NCBI GenBank assembly: GCA_002269645.1
Contig: NIVC01000166.1
Span: forward strand, 124,001-188,000
Origin: Macrostomum lignano
Taxonomy: Eukaryota
Length of the DNA stretch: 64,000 nt
Direction: 5' to 3'
Under the pieces are notes generated by a model. It was not told where the DNA came from. It was given only the letters and a program-made list of their open reading frames with translations, and searched no databases. Position 1 is the first letter of the stretch. The number at the start of each line of letters is the position of its first letter. Positions 23,790 to 35,012 of the stretch are shown in pieces. Both the position numbers and the translations under genes were made by a program.

Positions 23790-24629
23790 ACAATTCAACA
23801 GCGTCTGTTCCCTACTGGGAACTGGAAGGCTATTGAGGGTTCCACAAGCTGGTGTTCTCATGGCTGTTCCCACTGTTGATGCTGTTTGGAGCCTGGGGAA
23901 ATCTGTCCTGTCTGCTGGTACAGCTCCGAAAGCCTCATTGCTTCCCCTTCTCAGTGCGCTTATCTGCTGCGCCTTCGACAATATACTGGTGACCGTCAAG
24001 TCCGAAACACACTACTTGGCCCCAGTAGTCATGGGGAGAATCTTTCACCTGCATGATTTTCGAAGGAACCCAAACTACGCGGCGTGTGTCGCGTATTATA
24101 TTTTCACGTTTTGGCTAGTCCACGGCAGTCCGTTTATCCGACTAGGACTGTGCTTTCACTCGCTGGTGGTCACGCTGGCCGCAGTGTTGCTTCGGAAGCG
24201 TAACGTGACAATCTACCAGCTCAGCTTGCTGCTGCTGAGCTCAGTGCCCTGTATTCGAGTAGCCAGCTCTGAGTGGAATGTTAAGACTCAAAAATGTCGT
24301 TTTGTAAACGACTGGAATGAGGCAATCTACCGAATCTACACGGTGTTTTTAAGCGACTGTTGGTGTTCTGCTGCCTGATAGTTACAATGTTGGTCATTCT
24401 GGTCAGCTTGAGACGCAGTCGCAGGCAACTAACGGGACCAGGGACCAGCAGCGGATCACAAAACGGCCCTAAAACGCGGTCCGTGATCAGCATATTTATG
24501 TCGACCAGCCTGATATTTTTCTCGCGCGAGCTAACGCGCACTCGTGTTTGGCCATTATTTCACTCCGTTACCTACTATACAATCAACCATTGTCTACCTC
24601 TAAAACCGTATATACAACCTACCAAATAG
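23790..24629 (+). pseudogene. Class-A GPCR pseudogene (two frameshifts, C-terminus lost)
   Basis: LVFSWLFPLLMLFGAWGNLSC (TM1) lies in one frame, TM2-4 in ORF 23833-24378 and TM5-6 in ORF 24360-24629. All are homologous to the 26.5-kb gene. Confidence 0.8.
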
Positions 24630-26464
24630 AATTGTAAACAATTTTTTGCATGTTTTCCTTCGAAAGTTAACGAACTGTACTTCTTTGTCTGTTTTTGGCT
24701 GGCTCTAGTTGCTTCTATATGAACTATCTGTTTAAAGAACATTTTTCTCTAATAAATTCTGCTACCAAAAATTAAATGTGTTGCAACCAAATAATGATAA
24801 TTCTATTGTCATTAGTCTTTGAAATGTTGGTGCAAAAAGGTTAACCAACTAACTGTTTAGCACACATCCCAATTTTAAAGTGGAAACAAATCAAGAGGTA
24901 GTTTATATTGACAATCATCCATACGAGTAAAAGTGAACAGCTTTTAACATCCGAAAAGCGCTCAGAGAAGCCGAAGATCTGTGCAAAAGGACATGCGGGC
25001 ATGATTTGGTCGCCTACCGGTACATGCAGCTAACCATCGTACTGAATGCTCTGGAATTCATTTTAACTGTCCGAAACAAATTGATCTTGCTAATAATACT
25101 TGAAGTAATAATTAAGAGAGTTTACACACGCATTTGTCTGTGTTCATCTGCGACTCTACTGGGTTGCATTCTTCACGTATGATAAACCAAACTTTTACCG
25201 TTTTAGCTCAAAAGTAGCTATTTTTTATTTTTTCGAAATAAGTACCTTAAAAACCTGTTCCGCTTCCAGTCCAAATCTGACCGTGATCCGACATCCCATT
25301 CGGTGCTCTTTTTACTCCGGGTTCCCGGTGGTCTCAAGGTCTCATTATTATCTGAGAAGTCATTGAACATAAAAGACGCAATTAGCATTGCAGAAGGAGT
25401 AGTGAACTTCTTTGACTTTGTTTTAACGATTGCACGCTGGAATCGATAAAACAGTTGGATTGTTTTAAAATTAAAGGACTCTGTCCCTCTACTAATCGTT
25501 TGTAGCTCAAAGAACAGTAGTATATATAGTGTAGATAATGAACTCAACATGAAAGCAAAGCATCGATTTGAATTATTAAAGCCCCTTAAGTCGAATGCCG
25601 CGCTGTTAAGCGCAAAGAAGCAAAGCAAAGAGAAGCATCACAAAAGTTTAGCAAATACTTGAAGATGATATTGGCCTAACGACTGTCGACATCCCATGCC
25701 AAGAGAAAGATCTCGATTGCCCCTATACGGAGCTTATTGATTTTAACGAGAGCAGTGGAGGACTTCTGCCGAGAGCTGATGAGTTGTAGGATAGGAAAGG
25801 AGCTGTATGTACTCTCTTGAGCTGAAAGATGCATATTAGCTGTGTACCGACGTATTACTTAGGCACCATAGAATTAGTTTTCATCAATGGTACACTTTGC
25901 TTGGGCAAATAATCGCCATTGAAGTTTGCACCCACGAGCCCAGTTTAACTAATTAAAACCAGCCGTTTGTCACCATTGCAAAAACGACATACAGTTTGCG
26001 AGATTAAAAAAGAGCAATAGGAACTAAAGCATTCATGGGATAAATGCGAATAACTTTGAAAACTTTTAGCAACTCTGCAAACAAACATTTTTACGGAAAG
26101 AAAATAGCGAGATCTAACTTGCTTCCCTTTTAAGGCTTTCGATAAATCGCATAAGAGTACAGACAAAACTTTTCACTCAGAGCATTCTCAAAACAACTTG
26201 TTGAAACAGAGCAAAGACATCAGGACATTTTGCCTTCGTAGTCAGCCTAAGGACCACTAGAACTTTTAGTCATCTTTGAGCGAGCCTTTATACTTTTTGT
26301 GACTCCGACTTGCTATTGGTCAGCGACGACCAAGTCCATTCAAACCAGTGTGTAAAACGGTACGAATAAAAGCTGATATAAAACGGTCCCGACTAAAAAG
26401 AGCTTGAGACCGATCTTCACAAATTTTCTCCACCTTCTGATAATGCTGCAACGGAAGAATTGAA

Positions 26465-27610
26465 ATGGTGAGTTAAAGCATCATGGTTTTTCTTTGAAGC
26501 TGAAACCACGAATAATCAATGGCCTTGACGTTTATCCACCTCTAGACCAACGAGACAATCAGCAACCTCATCCCGTCTGAAGGAGGCTTCGAGAAATTCA
26601 ATAGGTTGATCTTCTCCTGGCTATTCCCCCTCGTGATGGCATTCGGGACCTTCGGCAACGCCTCGTGCATGCTGGTGCTCCTGCGAAGACCAAAGTGCTT
26701 TCCTTTCTCTGTCCGGCTTAGCATGCTCAGCTGCTGCTTCGTGGACTTCCTGCTCGTCGCTGTGAAGTCCATCACGCACTATTTGTCCCCAGTCGTCATG
26801 GGAACAATCCTAAACGTTAGCGACTATAGAAGGACCTCGAGCTTAGCCGTGTGCATCTTATACTACTGGCTAACCATCTGGCTTCTGCATGGTAGCCCGT
26901 TTTTCCGTCTGGGCCTCTGCTTTCACTCGCTTGCCGTGACTCTGGTCCCACTCAAGCAGGCCACGTTGCTATGCAAAAGGAACGTGGCACTGTACCAGCT
27001 GCTACTGCTGCTGCTGAGTCTTATACCCTGCACCAGGATGTTCAGCACCTACTGGGTTGTTGAGTTACACAAATGCTTTTTCTATGAGGACTGGATCGAG
27101 GTTTTCTACAGGATATTCACGGTGTTTGTAGGCCGAATCGTAGTGGTAGTGTGTCTGTTGGTGACCCTGCTGGTCATCTTGCTGGGCGTAAGGCGCACGC
27201 GGGATCACCTGCGCGGATCGGTGATCTCTGTCGGTAGTTCTCGCGCTGCTGGGCCTCAAACCAAGGCGGTGACCAGCATCTTTGTGATGACTAGCGCCAT
27301 TTTCTTTTTGTGTGAAATGCCGTACAGCATACTGAGAGCCCTGCTGAATCTAGAGCTAATCAGGGGCACCAGCGATCTGAGCGAGGTGGTCCGTGTATTG
27401 AATGGTCTGATGTACGTAAACCCGGCTCTCAACTGGCTGCCTCTCTTGATCGGAGCGAAGTTTCGACACGAGTACATAAAAATGTACTGCTGCTTGTGCT
27501 GCCGGGTTCAAGAGAGCTCCAATAGATCTCGTTTCAACGAAATTTCAATGACAGCTCGTGCGAATCAACAACGAGCGAGCGCTAGTGCCTCATCAGTGCA
27601 GGCGGCTTGA
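26465..27610 (+). CDS. Class-A (rhodopsin-like, peptide/chemoreceptor-type) GPCR, ~355 aa, 2 exons
   Basis: Exon 1 is the ATG alone (26465-67, followed by GTGAGT). Exon 2 runs 26546-27610. Protein starts M-TNET (N-glycosylation sequon) and shows GN in TM1, CEMPY in TM6, VNP in TM7 and a Cys-rich tail. Confidence 0.85.
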
Positions 27611-29688
27611 TGAAATCTGGTTTCGAGCGGTTTGTTGCACTTTTTGAGCGGATTTTGCAACTGGAAGCCGCGAGTCGTCTGAGTTACTGAAATGAGGTTC
27701 TGAAACCCATCACTTTTTTCTAGCGAGTTTGAGTCACAAGAACTGGATCAATTGGCTCGTACAAAAGTGATACTTTACTTTTCCTTTCTATGTAAATCAC
27801 TTAAAATTTTTCTGATGCACATGCTTTGTAGTTGCAGCACTTTAGCATATTTAATACGCACTACCTATAAAACTATACCCAACGTTTTATCAAGAAATTT
27901 TTCGCTTGTTGTGTGTTGCTACTGAATTAGAAAATTTAAAGCTTGACCATAAAAATTGTTTGAGAAAGGGGTCGTTCAAACGTTTGGAACCATCTACAGT
28001 ATGGTTGGCCCTAATTCCCATGGACATGCAGGTTCATATCTGTTGCGCCAATTAAATTTTATTTGTATGTTGTCTGTCAGTTATTTTCTTATATAGCTGC
28101 GTTTGAATAAACAAAAAGGATGATCTGATCATAATATTATTGTTGTCCAAAATATACATGTAGTGATCTGTTTTATGAACGATAAGTCAGAGCGAATCTA
28201 TGCCACACTTGGATCGATTGGTTTTAGCTATAATTTGGTGGTAGAAAGGGAGATGCAAATGGCTAGATATCACGGCTATAGATACCGGGTTCTCGTACAC
28301 GTACAAGAGTTCAAGATGACGACATAAAAATCGTGTTTTTGGATAAACCATCATTTTCGCTGCTAAAGATGATGAGTTCTTATTTACTACTTTCAGTACA
28401 GCTTATAGTGACTTAGAATTTCCACAGACGATCGATGTATAAAGACGATGTATTATCAGAACCATAAAAGTAGTGAACTTTTTTGTGACGTCATGTTTCC
28501 AAGCAGCAGATCAGGCGACTGAAGGAAGTTGACTGATCAATTTCAAACTGAATGTCAAACACAAAGGAAGCCTCAAACAGAAACAATATGTCAAACATAA
28601 AAGAATCGTCATGTTAATTATCAAAGAAGCGCCATGTTGAACATTTCATTGGGAAATTTCTGAGATGTCAGAAGCTTACGGGGTTAATTGTTGAGATGTC
28701 AAGGCTTTATGGTCATAAACTACATATAGTTTGTTGAAAAAAATTCGATTGTTTGTTGGCTCCACAACGCTGATTGCTAGCCACTGTAAGATTTTTACAC
28801 GTGGATTTATCTGAGCGATAATATCTATGCTTTCATGCAAAAACTTCTGCACCTTTGGTTGGAATTCCTGAAGAACTGACAGCTTATATCTTGCCATCGC
28901 TGTGAGCTGAGCTTCCACGAATTAAAGAAAAGTGTAAAAATTAAAAAATTAAGCGATTAAGTTTCTTTTTCAATGCTTGTCTAAACCTATGCGTAGTCTT
29001 TGTGTATTGCATGACTCATATGCTGTCTTTACATTCCTTAACTATGAGATCTAAAACTTGCCTCATTTCTACGGCATAACAAGAAAAAACTGCAAAATAA
29101 TTGGGTAAAAACCCGTTCTTTTAAAAATTTAGGGCACATTTGTTCTAGGATATACGGGCTGCATGCAGTGCTGGGGGGGGGGTGAAATCGCAATAGTTCA
29201 AAGATTATTCGGTTATTATTCGGTTGTAGGTGAACTAATTTTTTTCCTCATAAATCTTATCAGACTGTTTATTGATTCAATAAGAATATTATCTTCAATG
29301 ATTTTTTTGCTTGCATTTCTTTGGAAAATTAACAAAAATCGGTGGGCAATCCTGTTTTTTAGTTTAGCGACAACATCGAATAAAGCTTTCTACGGATCAA
29401 TATTGATGCATGGAACAGCGACGCCCAAGAATCAATAACAGGGAAAATATCCGACACCCTGGGAGAGCTCGGACCCTGAGCTACTATTTGGAGCCATGAG
29501 TGTCAGAAGGTATCCAACAACTCTCTGCATGCTCTTACTGAAATCGATTCGTCTTATTTCAAACCATTTCAGGTGTTATCACTCGCTGTTATTGTTTTTA
29601 TAGAAAATGAGTTAGCGAACTGAAATGTCCCGATATAAGTGCATTACGAAAGTAGACGAGACGAACAGTTCTCTGGATATAAAATTAA

Positions 29689-32448
29689 CCTCTTCCACAC
29701 TGATGCATTTGGGTCTCACTCATGCAAGTGACGGATGGTACGCATAGCGTACCATAGAATATTTTGTGGGCGCAAAAATTTTGGCAGCACACCCTTAAGT
29801 GCCAGCTAGGCGGGAATTTTTCGCTTTGCCTATCTTTCTTTCTTTACGAGCGGCTTATTATTTTACGGCGTTTATAATCGTTTGATTTCGATCTTCTTTA
29901 ATTCACAGCTCCACCGATTGACCGCCTGGTTTGTGTGTTTCTTTATTACGGTTAAATATCTTTTTCCTGTGTTACTTTTTATACTATTTTGTGTTTGAAC
30001 ATTTTAGTACGCTTTTCATTTGTGTATATATCCTGTTTATAAAGTTATAGGCTTTATTTTGTATCGCTGTTACATTATAAGTTATTTTAATTAGAGCTTT
30101 TTGTATCGAATATGGCCATGCAGTTTATTCGTCAGGCTCTTGTGGGTCTTCGTGGTGGGCCAGCTGAGGTCTCGAGCGATTCTGACGACGGCTTTGAGGA
30201 CGAGATTTTAGAGGAGGAATCTATGGATGAAGATGTGACTGAAGAACAAGGCGATGATGCTGAAATGCAGTGGCGAGGCGTGACTGAGGAGACGGATACA
30301 TGAGAAAGCGCTGATGTGGAATTTTTCGGTGTTGAAGGCCTGAATCATGAAGTTCACGTTCCCGCCGACGTTGAGAATGGAGTCGGAAGTTTCTTTTCAA
30401 TGTTCGTTACTGACGATCTATTGGAAATGTTATGCAAGTTTACCAATGCTAGGGCATGGGCCGAGGTGCATTCATGCGAAGAAGATGGTCTTGATCAAAT
30501 GCCTGCAAGGTTGTCAGCTTGGCGCGATTGCACAATTTCCGAGATGAAAAAGATGCTAGCCATAATCATGTACATGGTTGTCGTCAAAAAGCCCGACATG
30601 CGTGCATATTGGTCCACTGATGAGTTTTACGGCAGCAGCCTGTTTCAAGGCGAGTTTTGCATCGCTCGAGAGCGCTTCCAACAAATCCTCTCCTTCTTAC
30701 GCTTCTACGATTGCCAGGACAACACGAACGCCGACGATCCACTAAGAAAGGTGCGCCCATTCCTGCAATATGTTTGCCAAATTTGCAAAAGAAACTACTC
30801 ACCAGGCAGGGAAGTTGCGATCGACGAGGAGCTGGTTCTTCATAAGGGCCGGCTCATTTTCAAGCAGTATATTCCTAAGAAGCGGGCTCGCTTTGGAATA
30901 AAAACCTACTGCCTCGTCGACGCCAAAACCGGCTATCTCTGGAACATACTGGTTCATTCAACACCGGATGAAAATGCTCGCTTTGGAGAGGGCCTGGGCT
31001 GCGCTGAACTCAGCATAACTGAAAGAATTGTTGTTGAGCTCATGCAAGATCTTTTCGGCTTAGGCTACCAAGTATTCACTGATAGTTTTTTCACGTCAAT
31101 TCGACTTGCCAGTTTTCTTCTCGAGAAAGGCACCACAATCACCGGTTCAGTCCAGGCAAATCGAGGCATCCCAGACTCGCTTAAGACTGCTAATATTCCA
31201 GCTCCCAGCTTTCGCTTCATGCGTAAAGGTGATGTCCTGGCAATAAAGATGACCGACAAGAAGGCAAGTGGCGTCAAGACTTTGCATCTCCTCGACACTC
31301 ACGGTGTTGCCGGCTCGGTCGAGCGACAGACCATCCGCCGCGGAGGGCTAGTGCAGCTGGTTAGGAAGCCTACGAGCGTTGCGAACTACACCAAATTCAT
31401 GGGAGGAGTCGATAGACTGGACTCGTGTCTCCAACCGTACCACCCTAACAGGAAGACATACCGATGGCATCAAAAGTTAGCGCTCCATCTGATGTTTCAA
31501 CTGGTGCACAATTCCTGGGTTGCCTACCAAATTTCAGGTGGATCCAAGCCTTTTCTGCGATTTTTGGAAACCTGCATCACTTGGCTAATGAGGAGCACGG
31601 GCCCTGGGAAGCTGCGGTGCATCCGGACGACGCCTGCTACACACGCTGGTGACGGACACTTTCCTTCGAAGCTCCCACCTACCCAGGGAAATCCACGTCC
31701 GTCTAAGCGCTTTCGCGTCTGCTACAGAAATGGAGTATCAAAGCGCACAGTGACCGTCTGCAAGGGTTGTGTGAATCAGCCGGGACTGTGAATTGGAGAC
31801 TGTTTCGAGCAGTGGCACGTTTAAGTGCAGTCCCTGGTTCGTGTGACTCCTCAGCCAGCGTTTAGAGCTTACACAAGTTTGCGCAACTTATCCTGTGCAA
31901 TGTACGAAACTTGAGTATGTATCGTTGTTTATTATTCTCGTTCTAATGTCAGATATGGATTAGATATTGTAAAAAGTTGTAAATTTTTACTAGCAATGAA
32001 CGACATCAGACAATTTAGTTATCTGAAAAAATTACAGGTGCTTGTGAGTTCCAGGTAGCTCGTATGGGGTCGAAACACAAGAAACAAATGCTTAAAAACT
32101 TCAAATATCAGTTTTTTCCTCGATACCTCCTTCAAAAAACCTTTCTCGTGTTTTATACTTTGCTGTTCCAGTGTTCCAGTTTTTATTGCAAGAAATTATT
32201 GAGAAATTGTTCGATAAATTAGTTTATTTCTATAGTACTTAACCATTAAAAGCTTTAATAAAAAAACTTTCGAAAGCCACGAAGTAATTGCATCTCTAAT
32301 CATGGCATGCATGGCGTACCATTCGTCACTTGTAAGTCTGTGTTCTTGCGTCTTAAGATTTCTGCAGGTTTAAAAAAGTTGTCTATGATAGTAAGCGGGC
32401 AAAGCTGTGAGCCATGGTATGCTATGCGTACCATCGGGTTCGATAGGG
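29689..32448 (+). mobile_element. piggyBac-family DNA transposon (decayed; termini approximate)
   Basis: TTAA at 29685-88 and 32449-52. Subterminal inverted repeats 29735-54 and 32415-34 match at 19/20. The extreme termini match poorly. Confidence 0.7.
30112..31824 (+). pseudogene. piggyBac transposase with two in-frame TGA stops (30301-03, 31789-91)
   Basis: DDD motifs AIDEEL, FTDSFF and GVDRLD. The frame continues through both stops to the C-terminal Cys-rich domain …CFEQWHV. Confidence 0.9.
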
Positions 32449-32523
32449 TTAAGAGTACAGGGCGAAACGGGCTCTTTGATTTTGTTTATTCGATTGCACA
32501 CGGTTATCAACTGAACCGGTTAA

Positions 32524-32784
32524 GGGTCTGTAAAAAAGCTGGACGCATTGGACACACTGGACACATTGGACACCCCTTATTTTAACAAAAGTCGGAATTC
32601 AACAACTAATTGTTGATACTAATAATTCAAAGATTGCCAAAAGCGTAAGTAAAATTGTAATAATAAATAGACAAAGTATGTAATTACCGCAACGAAAAAA
32701 CAATTGAATTTCGACTTTTGTTAAAATAAGGGGTGTCCAATGAGTCCAGTGTGTCCTATACCTGTCCAGCTTTTATACAGACCC
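32524..32784. mobile_element. Small MITE-like inverted-repeat element
   Basis: GGGTCTGTAAAAAAGCTGGAC / GTCCAGCTTTTATACAGACCC plus internal inverted arms; no TSD found. Confidence 0.6.
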
Positions 32785-34128
32785 AACCGTTGGGTTTAAG
32801 GCAGTTTGCATGCTTCCCAACCTATCTATTAATTTGAAGGTATTTTAATTGGGAAAATTTTTACATCGGCTACACAACGCTAGTTTAAGGCTGCACCTAT
32901 CGAGAAAATAGGTGATTGCCGAATATTAAATAGGTTGGCTGGGTTCGACTGAAGCATAATTTTCTAAGACAGACAATTCGACGTTCTGTTGCTTCACAAT
33001 TTTTTTTCATATGCCCTCTCATCGGCAGTCAATATTTTCTCATCTACCTGTGGTGGTGATATATTTTAGGATCCCATGCATTCTTCATTTCAGCATTTAA
33101 AATTTTGAGCAGAAAAAAGGTAAGTTGTGACGTCTCTTGAACTATATTTAGCTGTGCCTCTTTTAACACGATATCTGCTCCGACGCAGATAAAATGGAAA
33201 TGATTGATTGAGTACTGCAGTTCAATGGACATTCATTGCCGTCTGTCTGTTCCCAAAAACAATATCCATGTTTCTTAATTATTCCTAGTTTCGGATAAAT
33301 GTATTCAGACTGCTTACTGACTGCAGCAATGACGTTTGCTTTTAAGTTGCAACCTTACATATGCTTGCTTTGGATCTCGTATAACCAACAAATTTTAAAG
33401 CTAGCATCGCTTTGAATCACCTGCGGGTCCAGATCGATCTCAGCATTGCCAAGGCACACAGACAAAGCAAAGCAAATCAAAGGAAAATGGAAACTCATTT
33501 CCTAATTGCATGGGGGGGGCAGATGAATGACAGCCAATAAGTGCAATTTTCGAAGAGAAAGCTATACTATTTATTCATTGGTTTGCACAGTGGAGACAGT
33601 AAAGTGTTCCCAGAGAGTGCAAATCAGAGGACATTTCAGCGTCATCAATCAGCGTCCGAAAAATCTTAAGGATAAATCCGCAGTTTCTATTTAGAAGTAG
33701 TGTAGGCTGCTGATGATGCTGAAGTAATTTAAATTTACTTCACAGAACAACAATTGTGCCAATCAAAAATGCTAAAATGTAATCCTATATTAGACGTCTT
33801 GAGCAAGATTTTTTTAATCAGAAAAAAATAGCGAGAAACTAACTTGCTATTGGATAGTTGCTTAAAATGCCACCCAATAAGAGTAAGGCAACGGATGTTA
33901 TTTAAACAGACCCTGCAAAAAAGAACTCCTTATCAATTTAGGCAATTTTCCCCACGGTTTTGATGCGACGGAAGAATTGAAATGGTGAGTTAAAGCATCA
34001 TGGTTTTTCTTTGAAGCTGAAACCACGAATAATCAATGACCTTGACGTTTATCCACCTCTAGACCAACGAGACAATCAGCAACCTCATCCCGTCTGAAGG
34101 AGGTTTTGAGAAATTCAATAGGTTGATC

Positions 34129-34453
34129 AGTAGTAATATACGTTACAAAATTGCCAGCAAACCGTTCTCATAATTCAATCAGTTTTACCCTTTATCAGTG
34201 TGAAATGACTCGTTTTCCCTTCATTATCGCTCGTCTTCACTTCGCTCAACTCGCTTCGCTCATCCTCGCTTCATTTCGGTCAATCTCCCTATTTCACACT
34301 TACAACGATTAATTCCCATTGAATTATGAGAATACGCTCTCGTCGTTCGCTTTGGTTTGCTGGCAATTTTGTAGCGCACCCAACACTTCTAACACTTCCA
34401 ATTCTCTATAACCCCTCGCACGCGCCGCAGGCGCGAACGGTCTTTTTCTGTTA
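34129..34453 (+). repeat. Left TIR (325 bp)
   Basis: Reverse complement of 59490-59814 with one mismatch seen. Confidence 0.95.
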
Positions 34454-34459
34454 TAAAAA

Positions 34460-34774
34460 ATGAACCGAGTTTACACCTTTTCTGTTAGTGATACTTTTGA
34501 GACTGTTGCTAAAAATGCAGAGATAATAAAACAACATATTTTGAATGGAATAATTGATGAAGTTTATTTAAAGTATGATGATAAGCACGACCTAAAACTT
34601 TATCCATTAGAGTTGGATGGGATGTATGATTTAGAACAAGAGGGTGAGTTAATATTTCAACTTGGAGATTATTTAAATTCGGATGATTGGGAGGTTCGTT
34701 CAGATGATTCCAACTCAACAAATAGCTCATATGAAACTAGTGATTCTGAGAATGAAATTGAAATTTTTATGTAA
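34460..34774 (+). CDS. Viral hypothetical protein, acidic C-terminus (104 aa)
   Basis: ORF with TAAAAAATG start context directly inside the TIR. Confidence 0.6.
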   Translation: MNRVYTFSVSDTFETVAKNAEIIKQHILNGIIDEVYLKYDDKHDLKLYPLELDGMYDLEQEGELIFQLGDYLNSDDWEVRSDDSNSTNSSYETSDSENEIEIFM

Positions 34775-34777
34775 AAA

Positions 34778-35002
34778 ATGAACTATTACTCTATAACAGA
34801 AACGACATTTATTGTGAAAAATATATATAAAAAAATGAAGGTAAACTACTCCTACATCGGAAATGTGCCGATTAATGAACTTAATGAAAATTTAAGTTTG
34901 ATATCTGTTGAACAAATGTCAATAATTATATTAGTAACAATAATAGTAATAATATTGTTTTTGTTTGTTATAAAAAATTTACTTCCCTGTTGCCTTAAGT
35001 AA
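34778..35002 (+). CDS. Small viral membrane protein (74 aa, one C-terminal TM helix)
   Basis: Hydrophobic run IIILVTIIVIILFLFVI; TAAAAAATG context. Confidence 0.55.
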   Translation: MNYYSITETTFIVKNIYKKMKVNYSYIGNVPINELNENLSLISVEQMSIIILVTIIVIILFLFVIKNLLPCCLK

Positions 35003-35012
35003 TTGTTCAAAC

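Noticed and set aside
25776-25798. Hammerhead ribozyme core (CTGATGAG…GAAA)
   Set aside because: No stem II pairing and no C before GAAA; flanking stems not found.
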